DNA from: an uncultured archaeon | GTDB lineage: Archaea > Hadarchaeota > Hadarchaeia > Hadarchaeales > WYZ-LMO6 | Assembly: GCA_938074535.1 (NCBI GenBank) | Contig: CALJER010000005.1 | Coordinates: 1 to 64,000, forward strand | Direction of reading: 5' to 3' | DNA: 64,000 bases | Shown: positions 8,881-19,216 of the stretch, one piece after another | How the letters are laid out: each line of letters starts with the position of its first letter | Numbering within the stretch: position 1 is the stretch's first letter | Program-made: the position numbers and the translations under genes | Notes under the pieces: model-generated | The model's database searches: none | What the model was told of the DNA's origin: nothing | The model's input: only the letters and a program-made list of their open reading frames with translations

Positions 8881-10212
8881 TTATACGATGAGGGAGAGCA
8901 CCTCCTTCATCCTCCTCCTGGCCTCCCCCTCCTCCCGCGCCTCGCAGGTGAGCCTCAGGCAGGGCTCGGTGCCCGAGGGCCTCACCAGCACCCAGCTCCC
9001 CTCCTCGAAGGAGATCCTGAGGCCGTCCACCTCCTCCGCCCCCGTCACCCCCCTGAGCCTCGCATATCCCCTCCTGAGCCTTTCCATCTTCTCCTCCCCC
9101 TCCGCCGGGGAACAGGGGAGCTTCTCCCTCAGGAGGGGGTAGGAGGGCACCTCCTCCAGGAGCTCCGACAGCCTCCTCCCCTCCTCCTCCAGCATCCTGA
9201 GGACCATCACGGCGGCGAGGGGACCGTCGGGAGCGAGGTGGGCCTCCGGGAAGATCCAGGCGCCGCTGGGCTCCCCCCCGAACTTTCCTCCCCCCTCCCT
9301 CAGGGCCCTGGCCACGCTCACGTCCCCCACCTTCGTCCTCACCACCTTTCCCCCCTTCCTCTCCACCCACTCCTCCACCACCCTGGAGGCGTCCACCGTG
9401 GTCACCACCCTCTCCCCCCTCCCCACCAGGTGGGAGGCCACCAGCGCCAGCAGCCTGTCGGGCTGCACGAACCTGCCCCGGTCGTCCACCACCGCGATCC
9501 TGTCGGCATCCCCATCGTGGGCAAACCCCAGCTCGGCCCCGCCGGAGACCACCAGCGCGGAGAGGTCGGAGAGGCTGGCGGGGGAGGGCTCGGGCCCCCT
9601 CCCGGGGAACCCACCGCTGGGGAAACCGTTGAGGGAGAGGACCGTGCACCCGCCCTCCCTCAGGAGGAAGGGGGTGACCCTGGAGGCCGCCCCGTTGCCG
9701 CAATCCACCGCCACCCTGTGCCCCCCGCGCAGGGGGAAGCGGTCCAGGACCCAGCGGAGGTACTCGCCCACGGGATCGCGCTCCTCCGTCCTCCCCACCC
9801 GCCTCCACTCCACTCCGCCGCCCCTCCCCATCTCCCCCTCCAGCTCCTGCTCCCTCTCGGGCGTGAAGGCGGCGCCCTCCCCGTCCCAGCACTTCAGGCC
9901 GTTGTACTCGGGAGGATTGTGGGAGGCTGTGATCATGACCCCCGCCTTCGCCCTCCACCTCCTGGTGGCGAAAGCCAGCACGGGAGTGGGGACCGTGCCC
10001 ACCCTCACCGCCGTGCACCCCCCGGAGAGGAGTCCGGAGAGGAGCGCGCTCTCCAGCATTCCACCCGAGGTCCTGGTGTCCCTCCCCACCACCACCCTCC
10101 CCGAGCTCCCCACCAGGCGGGCCAGGCCCAGGCCCACCTTCATGGCCAGGAGGGGATCCACCTCGCGGTTGGCCACACCCCTTATGCCGGAGGTCCCGAA
10201 AAGGCGGGGCAA
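8881..10212 (-). CDS. glmM: Phosphoglucosamine mutase / phosphohexomutase
   Basis: FGTSGIRG, TASHNP, DGDADR and RPSGTEP motifs. Confidence 0.9.
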   Translation of the reverse strand: MPRLFGTSGIRGVANREVDPLLAMKVGLGLARLVGSSGRVVVGRDTRTSGGMLESALLSGLLSGGCTAVRVGTVPTPVLAFATRRWRAKAGVMITASHNPPEYNGLKCWDGEGAAFTPEREQELEGEMGRGGGVEWRRVGRTEERDPVGEYLRWVLDRFPLRGGHRVAVDCGNGAASRVTPFLLREGGCTVLSLNGFPSGGFPGRGPEPSPASLSDLSALVVSGGAELGFAHDGDADRIAVVDDRGRFVQPDRLLALVASHLVGRGERVVTTVDASRVVEEWVERKGGKVVRTKVGDVSVARALREGGGKFGGEPSGAWIFPEAHLAPDGPLAAVMVLRMLEEEGRRLSELLEEVPSYPLLREKLPCSPAEGEEKMERLRRGYARLRGVTGAEEVDGLRISFEEGSWVLVRPSGTEPCLRLTCEAREEGEARRRMKEVLSLIV

Positions 10213-10216
10213 CCTC

Positions 10217-10873
10217 TCAGACCCCGGCTCCCTCCGGGGCTGTGGCCTGGGGGGCAGCGGGCGCCGCCTGCCCCGCCACGGGACCCTCCCTCCTGGCTGG
10301 GGCCTTCAGCACCTCGGTCTTCTGAACCTCCACCCTGCGGATGGGGCAGTACCTCTTTGCCGCCTTGTAGATGTCGGCGGAGAGCTTACCGAGCACGGCC
10401 TCCTGGACGAACTGGTCGAAGGTGCGCTCGGAGGCCCGGGAGGTGAGGAGGCCGACGATCTCGGAGCGTATGGCCCGCACCTTCTTCCTGGAGATCTTCC
10501 TCACGGTCATCACCACGCAGGTGAGCTGAAGCTCCCTCCCGTCCCTGGTCCTCACCGTGAGGATGTGGGTGATCTTCGTGGCCCTCCTCCTCACCTGGCT
10601 CCTGAGGAAGTGCTGGGCCAGATCGTGCCCCACGAAGTCCGTATAGGCCTTCTCGCCGTCCACCCTCACGATCTGAAAAAAGAGCTTCAGGTAGGATTTT
10701 GAAACGTCCTGAACCAGGTCGCCCAGGGAAACCTCCACCTTCCTCCCCAGCAGCTTCTCGGGCTCGGAGGCGAGGGTCTCCCCTATCCTGGTCCCCCCGA
10801 ACATGGGGGGGGCGTAGAGATCGTACCAGACCTTCTTTTTCCACGCCCTGGGCTGGCTCGTTTTCTCGGGCAG
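10217..10873 (-). CDS. rps3ae: 30S ribosomal protein S3Ae (eS1)
   Basis: The conserved WKKKVWYDLYAPPMFG lies upstream of the ORF-track ATG; probable CTG start at 10873. Also GRKVEVSLGDL and YCPIRRVEVQK. Confidence 0.9.
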   Translation of the reverse strand: MPEKTSQPRAWKKKVWYDLYAPPMFGGTRIGETLASEPEKLLGRKVEVSLGDLVQDVSKSYLKLFFQIVRVDGEKAYTDFVGHDLAQHFLRSQVRRRATKITHILTVRTRDGRELQLTCVVMTVRKISRKKVRAIRSEIVGLLTSRASERTFDQFVQEAVLGKLSADIYKAAKRYCPIRRVEVQKTEVLKAPARREGPVAGQAAPAAPQATAPEGAGV

Positions 10874-10877
10874 AGCC

Positions 10878-12359
10878 TCACCCTCCCCCTTTGTCCCCGG
10901 CGGATAAAACCCTCACGCGCGTCCTCACCGGCTCGGGCCAGGACCCCTCCTCCAGCCCGTAGTGGGCCAGAAAGCCCACCGCCCATCGGGTGGTCCCGAA
11001 GCCGCAGCAGCCCGTCCAGACCTCCCTCCCCCTGGCCTCCTTTATCCCGAAGGACTTGGCGAACTTCTCCCCGTGCACGTTGAGGGAGGCCACCTCCAGC
11101 CAGTCCCCCTTGTAGGGCAGCCTCACCTCCAGGTCGTAGGTGGCCGCTTCCGGCCCGCCCTTCTCCCTCTCCCCCTCCCTGAGGTAGAAGGGGGTGGCCA
11201 CGGTCAGCCTCCACCTCACCCCCAGCTTCCTGAGGAGGCTCTCGCTCCTCTCCCTCACCCCCTCCCTGATCTCCACCACCTCCCCCGGGGAACCCAGGAA
11301 GGCCAGCTCTATCCTCCTGAACTCGTGGGTGCGAATGAGCCCCTCCGCGCCCCCTCCCTCCCACCGGTAGGTCCAGCCGCTCCTGTCGAAGAGCTTGACC
11401 GGAAGCTCCTCCAGCCTGACCCGCCTCCCGCTGAACATCTGGTAGAAGGGCTCGCACTGGGCGGGGGCCAGCACGTAGGAGGGGTCCTCCACCGCCTCCT
11501 TCAGCAGCTCCGCCGCCACCCTTTTGCGCAGCTTCAGCTCGGCCTTGAACCTGGAGAAGGCCTGGGGGTCCCTGGGCGGGGAGCAGACGTAGTACATCCC
11601 CTCGGGTATGCCGTCCAGGTACCCGGGCATCTTCTTCATCACCTCGAGGGGAATCAGCTTGGGGAACATGGCCTCCCTGAAGCCCAGGGGCCTCACCACC
11701 TCCTCCAGAATGAGCTCCTCCAGGGCCCCCAGCAGGGACGCGAAGGGCGGGCCGTAGAGCCACTGGCCCTTACCGGGGAACTCCTGGATCCATCCCCTCT
11801 TCTCCATCTCCTCGGTGGGGTTGCCGGAGAAGACGGGTGGGGTCCCCTCCTCCTCCCTGACCACCTCCGGCTCCCGCTCCGCGGCGGGGGCGGAGGGCTG
11901 CCGCTCCGCCAGGGAGACCAGCCGGTCCACCGTCCCCCTCCTGAGGTCCGACTCGGACACCTCCCTGAGCACCAGGAGCACCCGTCCCTCCCCGCGCTCC
12001 ACCTCGTAGCGGAGGCCCCGAAGCAGGTCCTCCGCACCTTCCGGGAGGAAGGGAAGCTCGATGCGGTACTCCACGCCCTCCACCCTCCTCAGGCCCAGCC
12101 TGTGCCTTCCCAGCAGCTCCCTGAGCTCCCTGACCAGCCGCAGGAGGGCGCTGTGCGCCCTCACGTACCTGTCCGAGACCAGAAGGAGCTCCAGCTCCTC
12201 CCCCCCCACCTTCCACTCCTCCACCTTCGCACCCTCCTTCCCGGGAGGGGCCCCCCTGCGCAGGAGCTCGGAGGAGCCCTCCAGCAGCCTTCCTATCTCT
12301 CCCCTGAGCCCCTCCAGCCCTCCGCTGAACTTCAGCCTCGCCCTAAGGATGAATCTCAA
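10878..12359 (-). CDS. serS: Seryl-tRNA synthetase, rare methanogen type (SerRS2)
   Basis: SDRYVRAHSALLR, FPGKGQW, FPKLIP, LAPAQCEPFY, DRSGWTYRWEGGG, HEFRRIE and WTGCCGFG. TTG start at 12359; flanked by pcc1 and rps3ae. Confidence 0.9.
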   Translation of the reverse strand: MRFILRARLKFSGGLEGLRGEIGRLLEGSSELLRRGAPPGKEGAKVEEWKVGGEELELLLVSDRYVRAHSALLRLVRELRELLGRHRLGLRRVEGVEYRIELPFLPEGAEDLLRGLRYEVERGEGRVLLVLREVSESDLRRGTVDRLVSLAERQPSAPAAEREPEVVREEEGTPPVFSGNPTEEMEKRGWIQEFPGKGQWLYGPPFASLLGALEELILEEVVRPLGFREAMFPKLIPLEVMKKMPGYLDGIPEGMYYVCSPPRDPQAFSRFKAELKLRKRVAAELLKEAVEDPSYVLAPAQCEPFYQMFSGRRVRLEELPVKLFDRSGWTYRWEGGGAEGLIRTHEFRRIELAFLGSPGEVVEIREGVRERSESLLRKLGVRWRLTVATPFYLREGEREKGGPEAATYDLEVRLPYKGDWLEVASLNVHGEKFAKSFGIKEARGREVWTGCCGFGTTRWAVGFLAHYGLEEGSWPEPVRTRVRVLSAGDKGGG

Positions 12360-12396
12360 GCCGGTCCTCCTCCTTCTCCCTTCGGAAATAAGTATT

Positions 12397-12633
12397 TCAC
12401 AGCCCGCCCAGACCTTCCGCCACCTCTGTGCAGGCGAGCAGGTCATCCAGGGTGGCCAGCAGGGTCTCCACCCTCCCCTCCATCCTGACCGTGGTGACCA
12501 CCGCCTTTCCCCTCCTCTCCGTCCTGAGCTCCGCCCTCCTCCCTCCCACGTTGTCCGGTGAGAGGGCCCTGAACACGGCCTCCGCCACCCTCTCCTCCGA
12601 ATAAAGGCAGCACACCCTTGCCCTGAGCTCCAT
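12397..12633 (-). CDS. pcc1: KEOPS complex subunit Pcc1
   Basis: 78 aa with AEAVFRALSPDN...TLLATLDDLL; typical pcc1-serS-rps3ae context. Confidence 0.75.
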   Translation of the reverse strand: MELRARVCCLYSEERVAEAVFRALSPDNVGGRRAELRTERRGKAVVTTVRMEGRVETLLATLDDLLACTEVAEGLGGL

Positions 12634-12644
12634 CCCCCCACCGC

Positions 12645-13586
12645 TCAGTCCCTTATCCCCGCTTCCGAGAGGGAGAAGACGGCCTCCCCTTCAGGCAGGG
12701 AGGGACTGTCCACCACCCTGGCTATGCGCTTGTTGGCCTTGCTCCTCCTGAGGTAGACCCGGGTGGTCACGGAGTGGGCCAGCACATGGCCGCCTATGGG
12801 CTGGGTCGGATCGCCGAAAAACATGTCAGGTCGGGCCTGCACCTGGTTGGTAACCAGCACGGCCAGGTCCCTGAGCTCCGAGAGCATGTGGAGGGTCAGG
12901 AGGTGCCTGGCGAGCTTCTGCTGCCTGGCGGCCAGGGCCTCCCTCCCCACGAACTCCGCCCTGAACAGGGAAGTGAGGGAGTCCACCACCACCAGCTTGA
13001 TGTTCTCCCTTTCGGCCAGCTCCTCCACCTTCTCGGCCAGGAGGAGCTGCTGGTCCGTGTTGTAGGCCCTGGCGAAGAAGACGTTCCTCACCGCCTCCGA
13101 CGGGTCTAGATCCAGCGCCCTCGCCATATCCTGGATGCGCTCCGGCCTGAAGGTGTTCTCCGTGTCTATGAAGACAGCCTTGCCCTCGAGACCACCCCCC
13201 TCCCTGGGGAGCTGCACGTTCACACAGAGCTGGTGGGCCAGCTGGGTCTTCCCCGTCCCGAACTGCCCGAAGACCTCGGTCACGGCCCTGGTGGGTATTC
13301 CTCCTCCCAGCAGCGCATCCAGCTGCTTGCTCCCGGTGCTTATCCACCCCAGTTCCTTCCTCAGCCTCAGGACCTCATCCCCCGTGATGAACTTCCCTAT
13401 GTCGGCCTTCTGCTTGGCCGCCTCTATGATCCTCCTGGCGTGGGCCTCGCCTATCTCCAGAACTTCACTGAGCTCCTCCACCGTGGCCACGGCGATGGAG
13501 GAAAAGGTCCTGTAGCCCGCCTCCCTCAGCCTTTCTGCGAGGGTGGACCCCACCCCGGAGAGCTCCTCCAGCTTATCCTCTTCCAA
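12645..13586 (-). CDS. radA: DNA repair and recombination protein RadA
   Basis: N-terminal Hh[24 protein letters not shown] and GGHVLAH. Confidence 0.95.
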   Translation of the reverse strand: MEEDKLEELSGVGSTLAERLREAGYRTFSSIAVATVEELSEVLEIGEAHARRIIEAAKQKADIGKFITGDEVLRLRKELGWISTGSKQLDALLGGGIPTRAVTEVFGQFGTGKTQLAHQLCVNVQLPREGGGLEGKAVFIDTENTFRPERIQDMARALDLDPSEAVRNVFFARAYNTDQQLLLAEKVEELAERENIKLVVVDSLTSLFRAEFVGREALAARQQKLARHLLTLHMLSELRDLAVLVTNQVQARPDMFFGDPTQPIGGHVLAHSVTTRVYLRRSKANKRIARVVDSPSLPEGEAVFSLSEAGIRD

Positions 13587-13600
13587 GTTCCCACCCCTTC

Positions 13601-15667
13601 TTATCCTCTCTTCACTTTAACCTTTTCCAACAGGCGCTCCGCCTCCATCCTGGCGTTCGGGAACTCCACGGAGGTCACCCTCAGCTCCAGCTGCTCCCTG
13701 TACTCGTCCCTCCTGGTGGTGCCGGAGAGAATCACCTCCCTGCCTTCGAGCTTCAGCGTCCTGTAGAAGTCGGCGAGATTCTGAAACCTCCTGTACTCCT
13801 CGAAAATCCGGGCGGAACTCATGCCCACCAGCTCCTCCGCCGCCCTGCCGAAGAGAACGGCCCTGATGGCCCCCGTGCCGTCGTCCACGACCAGGTTCAG
13901 CACGGCCCTGTGCTCCGGGGAGACCACCTTCCCGCACTCCTCGCACATGAGACTGGTGTCCACCGTCCCCAGCGTCCTGCCGCACAGAGGACAGAGGTCG
14001 AAGACGGGGCGGCGCCTTATCACCTGCACGATGGTCCCCCTCACCCTCACCTGCAGGTTGGGCTCCTGGATCTCCTCTATCTCCCTGGTCTCGGGGGCCG
14101 GGGAAACGCGGGAGAGGATATCGGCGGGGGGGAGCTCTTCCTCCACCGGAGGATTGACCTCCAGCTCCCCCCTCCTGCCCAGGTGCAGCTCGAGGGGGGA
14201 GGACCAGGGGGTGTAGGCGTTCCGCAGGAGCACCACCTCCCCAACCCTGGGAGCCCTGTCGGCGTGCTCCTGCCAGAGCAGGACCCTCACCTTGCCCGTC
14301 CTGTCGCCCAGGATCAGGCTGGCGAACTTCCCCTTCCTCCCCTCCCTCTGGAACTCCCTGACCTCCCCCGCCTCCACCACCCTCCCCACCACCTCCAGTC
14401 CGTCCATACCGGGCTCCAGCTCCCCTATCTTCAACCTCCGGATCCCGAACTCCCCCACCTCCACACCCGGAGGATTCACCTCCACCGAGGCCGACCTTCC
14501 CACGTGCAGCTCGGGCCTCCCGGAAGATCCCTCCTTCGTGTACGCTCCCCTCAGGAGCACCACATCACCCTCCTCCAGCTTTTCCGCCCTCTCCACCGCC
14601 CCGTCCCAGAAGGAAACCTTCACGAGCCCCGTCTCGTCCTCCAGCAGGGCCCCCAGCACCCTGCCCACGCTCCCGTCCGGCCTCCCGAACTCCCGCACCT
14701 GGTATTTCCTCCTCACCCTGGCCGCCACCTCCACCCAGGGCATTCCGGGCTCCACCTCCTCCAGCTTCAGCAGCTTTCCGTCGACCTCGGGCAGCTGGGA
14801 GACACGGGGAGACTTGGGGGAGGGGATCACCCTGCCCCCCGCCCCCACGCTCAGGTAGGGCTTCCCCCTGGAGTCCACCCTCACCTGCGCGTTCTCCAGC
14901 TTGATCACCTCACCCCTCCGGAGGTCCTTCACCAGCTCGGCCTTCTCCCCCCACAGGAGGGTTTTGACCTTGCCCGTCTCGTCCAGCAGCACCAGGGAGG
15001 CGAACTTCTCAGCGGTGCCGTCGGGGCGCTCGGAGGTCCTCACCTCACCCACTGCCGCCACCCTCCCCACCAGGTCCACCTCCCTGTGGCCCCTACCGAG
15101 CTCAGAGATCCTCACCGGTTGTTCCTCCGGGGGCGGGAACTTCCTCTCCAGGGAAGGATCCCTGACCACCTCCACGGAACTCCTGGCGGAGAGCTTCAGC
15201 TCCGGCTCTCCCCCCCTTCCCTCCTGCACGTAGGCCCCCCCGATCCTCAGCAGGTCACCCTTCTGGATGGTCCCCTCCTCCACCAGGGAGACCTTGCTGT
15301 CCCAGAGGGAGGCCCTGAGGGTCCCCGTGCCGTCCTGCAGGAGGAGGGAGGCCACCCTCCCCACCGAGCCATCCCAGCGGGGGAAGCTCCTGGGCTCGTA
15401 CACCCTGACCACCCTGGCGAGCAGGCTCACGTTTGACATGCCCGGAACCAGGTCCCTGAGGGTGATCTCCCTGGGCTTCAGCGGTTCCCCCGAAAGCCTC
15501 ACCCCCAGCTCCGCCGCCACCATCCTGGCCAGACCTTCCGGGGTGGAGATGGACCCGAACTCCCTTTCCTTCTCCCTTATCCGGGCCATCACCTCCTCCC
15601 GGCTCAACCCCTTCTGCTTCGTTATCTCCTCCACCACGCGGTCGAACCCGGTCCCCATCCCGCTCAC
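13601..15667 (-). CDS. rpa: Replication protein A (multiple OB folds plus C-terminal Zn finger)
   Basis: Repeated DETG.V...LW OB units and CPLC...CEEC; immediately upstream of radA. Confidence 0.85.
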   Translation of the reverse strand: MSGMGTGFDRVVEEITKQKGLSREEVMARIREKEREFGSISTPEGLARMVAAELGVRLSGEPLKPREITLRDLVPGMSNVSLLARVVRVYEPRSFPRWDGSVGRVASLLLQDGTGTLRASLWDSKVSLVEEGTIQKGDLLRIGGAYVQEGRGGEPELKLSARSSVEVVRDPSLERKFPPPEEQPVRISELGRGHREVDLVGRVAAVGEVRTSERPDGTAEKFASLVLLDETGKVKTLLWGEKAELVKDLRRGEVIKLENAQVRVDSRGKPYLSVGAGGRVIPSPKSPRVSQLPEVDGKLLKLEEVEPGMPWVEVAARVRRKYQVREFGRPDGSVGRVLGALLEDETGLVKVSFWDGAVERAEKLEEGDVVLLRGAYTKEGSSGRPELHVGRSASVEVNPPGVEVGEFGIRRLKIGELEPGMDGLEVVGRVVEAGEVREFQREGRKGKFASLILGDRTGKVRVLLWQEHADRAPRVGEVVLLRNAYTPWSSPLELHLGRRGELEVNPPVEEELPPADILSRVSPAPETREIEEIQEPNLQVRVRGTIVQVIRRRPVFDLCPLCGRTLGTVDTSLMCEECGKVVSPEHRAVLNLVVDDGTGAIRAVLFGRAAEELVGMSSARIFEEYRRFQNLADFYRTLKLEGREVILSGTTRRDEYREQLELRVTSVEFPNARMEAERLLEKVKVKRG

Positions 15668-15703
15668 CTCTACTTCACCGAGGAAGTCTTATAAAGGAGG
15701 AAA

Positions 15704-16978
15704 CTACCCGCGCTGCTCCAGCTGGGCGAGGATCTCCCTGGCGCGGTCGATCCTGATGCACCTTTCCTCCACCATCCTCCTGACCACCTCCTCCACCTGC
15801 TCCCCCCTGGCACCCGCTGCCATCGCCACGTTCCTGGCGTGGAGCTTCATGTGCCCCCGCTGGATGCCCTCCGCCACCAGGGCCCTCAGGGCGGCCAGGT
15901 TCTGGGCCAGGCCCACCGCCGCCATCACCTCCGCCAGCTCCTTCGAGGAGCCCACTCCGAGGATCTTCCTGCAGACCCTGGCCACGGGATGCACGCCGGT
16001 GGCTCCGCCCAGCACGCCCACCGCCAGGGGCAGCTCGATCCTTCCCCTCAGATCCCCGTTCTCCTCCCTCTCCCAGGAGGTGAGGGGCTTGTATCCCCCC
16101 ATGGCGGCGTAGCTGTGTGCCCCCGCCTCCAGCGCCCTCACGTCGTTGGAGAGGGCCAGGGCCACCGCTATGATCCCGTTCATGATCCCCTTGTTGTGGG
16201 TGGAGCAGCGGAAGGGGTCGGCCGCCGCCAGGGCGTGGGCGTAGAGGATGCCCTCCACCACCTCCTCACCCCCCAGAGCCTCCTTGGGGAAGGAAGCCTC
16301 GGCCCTGGCCTTCCTGTAAACGGCCAGGTTGGAGACGATGCGGAGGTAGACCTTTCCCCCCGTGAGCTCCTCCACCAGGGGGGCCACGGCCTCGCACATG
16401 GTGTTCACCGCGTTGGCCCCCATGGCATCCCTCACGTCGACCAGCAGGTGCACCACCACCATGGGGCCCATACGGGTGTCGAGAACCCTGACCTCCACCT
16501 CCCTCGCCCCTCCCCCCGCCTTCACCAGGAGGGGGTCCTGCTCGTTGGCCTTCGCCAGGATCCTCTCCCTCCCCTCCAGGATCCTCCTTCTGGCCTCCTC
16601 GGGGTCCTTCAGCTTGCACACCTGAACCTGCCCTATCATCACGGGCTCATCGGCGCTGGCCCTGAAGCCGTACTTCATCCTGGCCATGCGGGCCGCGTTG
16701 GAGGCGGCGGCCACCACGCTGGGCTCCTCTATGGCCATGGGGATGAGGTAGTCCTTCCCGTTGATGAGGAAGTTGGTGGCTATGCCCAGCGGAAGATGCG
16801 TGGCCCCTATCACGTTCTCTATCATCCGGTTGGCCAGGTCGAGGGGGAGGGAGCCCGTGTTCCTCAAAATCTCCACCTCCTCCTCCGTCAAGCCCGCGAA
16901 CTCCTTCACCACTCTCAGCCTCTCCTCGGGAGACAGCTCGTGGAAGTTGGGGAGCCGGGAGGACTTCAAGCTCTCCAC
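15704..16978 (-). CDS. mvaA: HMG-CoA reductase, class II (MvaA type)
   Basis: SRLPNFHELS, MIENVIG, EEPSVVAAAS, DAMGAN, THNKGIMNG and GIQRGHMKLH. The true GTG start is 16978; the ORF-track extension is antisense to cooC. Confidence 0.9.
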   Translation of the reverse strand: MESLKSSRLPNFHELSPEERLRVVKEFAGLTEEEVEILRNTGSLPLDLANRMIENVIGATHLPLGIATNFLINGKDYLIPMAIEEPSVVAAASNAARMARMKYGFRASADEPVMIGQVQVCKLKDPEEARRRILEGRERILAKANEQDPLLVKAGGGAREVEVRVLDTRMGPMVVVHLLVDVRDAMGANAVNTMCEAVAPLVEELTGGKVYLRIVSNLAVYRKARAEASFPKEALGGEEVVEGILYAHALAAADPFRCSTHNKGIMNGIIAVALALSNDVRALEAGAHSYAAMGGYKPLTSWEREENGDLRGRIELPLAVGVLGGATGVHPVARVCRKILGVGSSKELAEVMAAVGLAQNLAALRALVAEGIQRGHMKLHARNVAMAAGARGEQVEEVVRRMVEERCIRIDRAREILAQLEQRG

Positions 16979-17050
16979 CCTCTCTTCTCCCTCCCGGCTA
17001 TTTAACGGCACCAGCACCAAGCTTTTAATCCCCCAGCCAAAGCACCCAAC

Positions 17051-17824
17051 GTGAGGCTGGCGGTTTGCGGGAAGGGAGGGAGCGGGAAGAGCACCGTGGT
17101 GGCCCTCCTGGCCCACGAGGCCCTCTCCAGGAAGTACCGGGTGGTGGTAGTGGACGCGGACGAGTCCAACCCGGGGCTCTTCAGGCTGCTGGGCTTCGAG
17201 AGGCCCCCCTCCCCCCTGCTGGAGCTGGCGGGGGGGAGGAAGGGCGTGTGGGAGACCCTGGAAAGAGGGAAGGGGGTGCTGGCGAAGGAAAGCTTCGGCG
17301 TGGAGGAGCTTCCCCCCGAGTACGTGGGAAGGAGGAACGGGCTCTCCCTCCTGTGCGTGGGAAAGATCACGACGGTGAAGGAGGGGTGCGCCTGCCCGCT
17401 GGGGGCCCTGGCGAGGGAGGTTCTGCGGAGGCTCAGGCCCGGGGAAAGGGAGCTGCTGCTGGCCGACCTGGAGGCCGGGGTGGAACACCTGGGGAGGGGG
17501 GTGGAGGAGGGACTGGACGGGGTGCTGGTGGTGGTGGATCCCTCCTTTGACTCGATCGTGCTGGCGGGAAGAGCGGTGCAGATGGTGGAGGGAATGGGGA
17601 AGAAAGCCTATGCCGTCCTGAACAGGGTGAGGCGGGGGGGGATGGAGGAGAGGCTCAGGAGCGAGGTGGAAAGGAGGGGGCTGAAGGTGGCCGGCATCAT
17701 TCACGAGGATCCCGAGCTCTTTGAGTCCGAACTGGTGGGAAGGGAGCTGAGGGCGGGGAAGGCCTGGGAGGAGGCAGGGCACCTGCTGGACTTCCTTCTG
17801 AAGGAGGGAGGAAAATGTGCATAG
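17051..17824 (+). CDS. cooC: CooC/AcsF-type nickel-insertion ATPase
   Basis: GKGGSGKST, DADESN, EGCACP and DLEAGVEHLGRG. Confidence 0.85.
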   Translation: MRLAVCGKGGSGKSTVVALLAHEALSRKYRVVVVDADESNPGLFRLLGFERPPSPLLELAGGRKGVWETLERGKGVLAKESFGVEELPPEYVGRRNGLSLLCVGKITTVKEGCACPLGALAREVLRRLRPGERELLLADLEAGVEHLGRGVEEGLDGVLVVVDPSFDSIVLAGRAVQMVEGMGKKAYAVLNRVRRGGMEERLRSEVERRGLKVAGIIHEDPELFESELVGRELRAGKAWEEAGHLLDFLLKEGGKCA

Positions 17825-17982
17825 CCACCGTGAGGTCGGGGAAGAAGGAAATCCGGGACGTGGTGCTGATGGAGGAGAAGGAGGGCGGGTACGTGGTCAC
17901 CACCCTGCTGGGGGAGAGGACGGAGGTAAAGGGAAGGATCAAGAGAATAGACATGGAGGAACACCTCATCCTCGTGGAATAA
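17815..17982 (+). CDS. cooT: CooT nickel-binding chaperone (55 aa, below ORF-track cutoff)
   Basis: Manual translation MCIATVRSGKKEIRDVVLMEEKEGGYVVTTLLGERTEVKGRIKRIDMEEHLILVE has Cys2 and a C-terminal His; overlaps cooC. Confidence 0.85.
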   Translation: MCIATVRSGKKEIRDVVLMEEKEGGYVVTTLLGERTEVKGRIKRIDMEEHLILVE

Positions 17983-18048
17983 TTTTTCCCCCACACCCGC
18001 GGGGGCTGGCCCTGCGCGGGAAGGCTCCGCGGCCGTGCCTTCCGCTGC

Positions 18049-18630
18049 TCACTCTTCCAGGGGCGAGAGCCTGCGGTGATAAAGCCTGGCCAGCACGCCC
18101 AGCACCGCCGGGACGAGGGCGAAGAAGAAGGGCCAGCCCAGGGACATCCTGAGCGGAAGGGTAACGGTCACGTCGTCCACCTCCAGGACCGCGGTGGAGC
18201 TCCCCGAGAGGTAGGGCAGGCTGAAGCCCCGCAGGCCGGAGACCCTCCCCGCCGCGAAGTTGCCCAGCAGGGAGAGGGCCAGGAGCAGGACGAGGAAGCC
18301 TATCCACATCCAGAGCAGCTTGGTGGCCCCGAACTTCAGCAGCCTCCACGACCACCACCTCTTGGGATAGAGGGAGGCCAGGACCAGGAGGATCCCGGAG
18401 ACGACGAGGGTGAGGGAGGCTCCCAGGCAGACGAACCTCACGAGCGTGGAGGAAACGGTCTGGTCGAGGGCCACCAGCCTGAAGCTGAAGGGGGAAAGGG
18501 AGAGATCCACCGCCCCCGTGCCCACCCTCAGGCTCCACCAGGCGCCCAGGAAGGGCAGGAGGATCAGGAGGGGACCCGCCGCCAGCCCGAGCCAGTTGAG
18601 GTCCTTGGGACCCCCTTTCGGGAGCCTCAT
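18049..18630 (-). CDS. Hypothetical multi-pass membrane protein
   Basis: Four hydrophobic segments; ATGA-coupled to the upstream gene. Confidence 0.7.
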   Translation of the reverse strand: MRLPKGGPKDLNWLGLAAGPLLILLPFLGAWWSLRVGTGAVDLSLSPFSFRLVALDQTVSSTLVRFVCLGASLTLVVSGILLVLASLYPKRWWSWRLLKFGATKLLWMWIGFLVLLLALSLLGNFAAGRVSGLRGFSLPYLSGSSTAVLEVDDVTVTLPLRMSLGWPFFFALVPAVLGVLARLYHRRLSPLEE

Positions 18631-19187
18631 CCCCCCACCTCCTGGTAGAGCTCCACCGACTCATCCACCGATACCCTGATCTCCAGGCCGTAGATGTCCA
18701 GGGTGAAGTTCCCCCTCAGGTTCAGGAAGGCGTGGAGGCAGGAATCCTCCACGTGCCGCTCCAGCAGGTGGCGGGAGCCCTCGTGCGTGAAGATCAGGAG
18801 GATCCTGAGGTTCTCGGCGGACCCCGGCCCGACCACCACGCTTTTCTCCAGCCTCCCCTCACCCACCCTGAAGCCGTCATCCGAACAGAACACCTCCACG
18901 GAGACCTCTTTCATCCCCAGCCTGAAGGAGTAGTGATTGGTGAGGATGAGGGATAAAACCAGCGGAGGGAGGTCGTTCTCCGGGGCCACCGCTCCCTGAA
19001 AGGCGGTCCCCCCTGTCTCTATCGTCGGCTCCCTGCCCTGGGAGGTCAGATCCTCAAAGGGCCCCACGTCACCCAGCAGGGTGGAGCGGAGGTCCCAGTC
19101 CTCCGACGCGAAAGCCGCCAAAACCGGACCCACCGAGAGAGCCAGAGAAAGGAGCAGAAGACCCGCACGGAGCGCCCCTTCACCCAT
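18627..19187 (-). CDS. Hypothetical membrane-anchored/secreted protein (LEA-2-like beta sandwich possible)
   Basis: N-terminal hydrophobic helix followed by beta-strand-like segments (LTNHYSF, VVVGPGS). Confidence 0.6.
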   Translation of the reverse strand: MGEGALRAGLLLLSLALSVGPVLAAFASEDWDLRSTLLGDVGPFEDLTSQGREPTIETGGTAFQGAVAPENDLPPLVLSLILTNHYSFRLGMKEVSVEVFCSDDGFRVGEGRLEKSVVVGPGSAENLRILLIFTHEGSRHLLERHVEDSCLHAFLNLRGNFTLDIYGLEIRVSVDESVELYQEVGG

Positions 19188-19216
19188 CCTTACCCCAGAG
19201 GATTGCCGGCCCGGCC

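Noticed and set aside
13601-15667. Internal repeats in RPA as a repeat element
   Set aside because: Ordinary tandem OB folds.
15704-17782. Apparent large N-terminal extensions or fusions on HMGR, SerRS, FBPase, RibB, ERCC4, gamma-CA and DUF357
   Set aside because: The extensions overlap other real genes or tRNAs; internal starts with SD sequences or stop/start coupling explain them.
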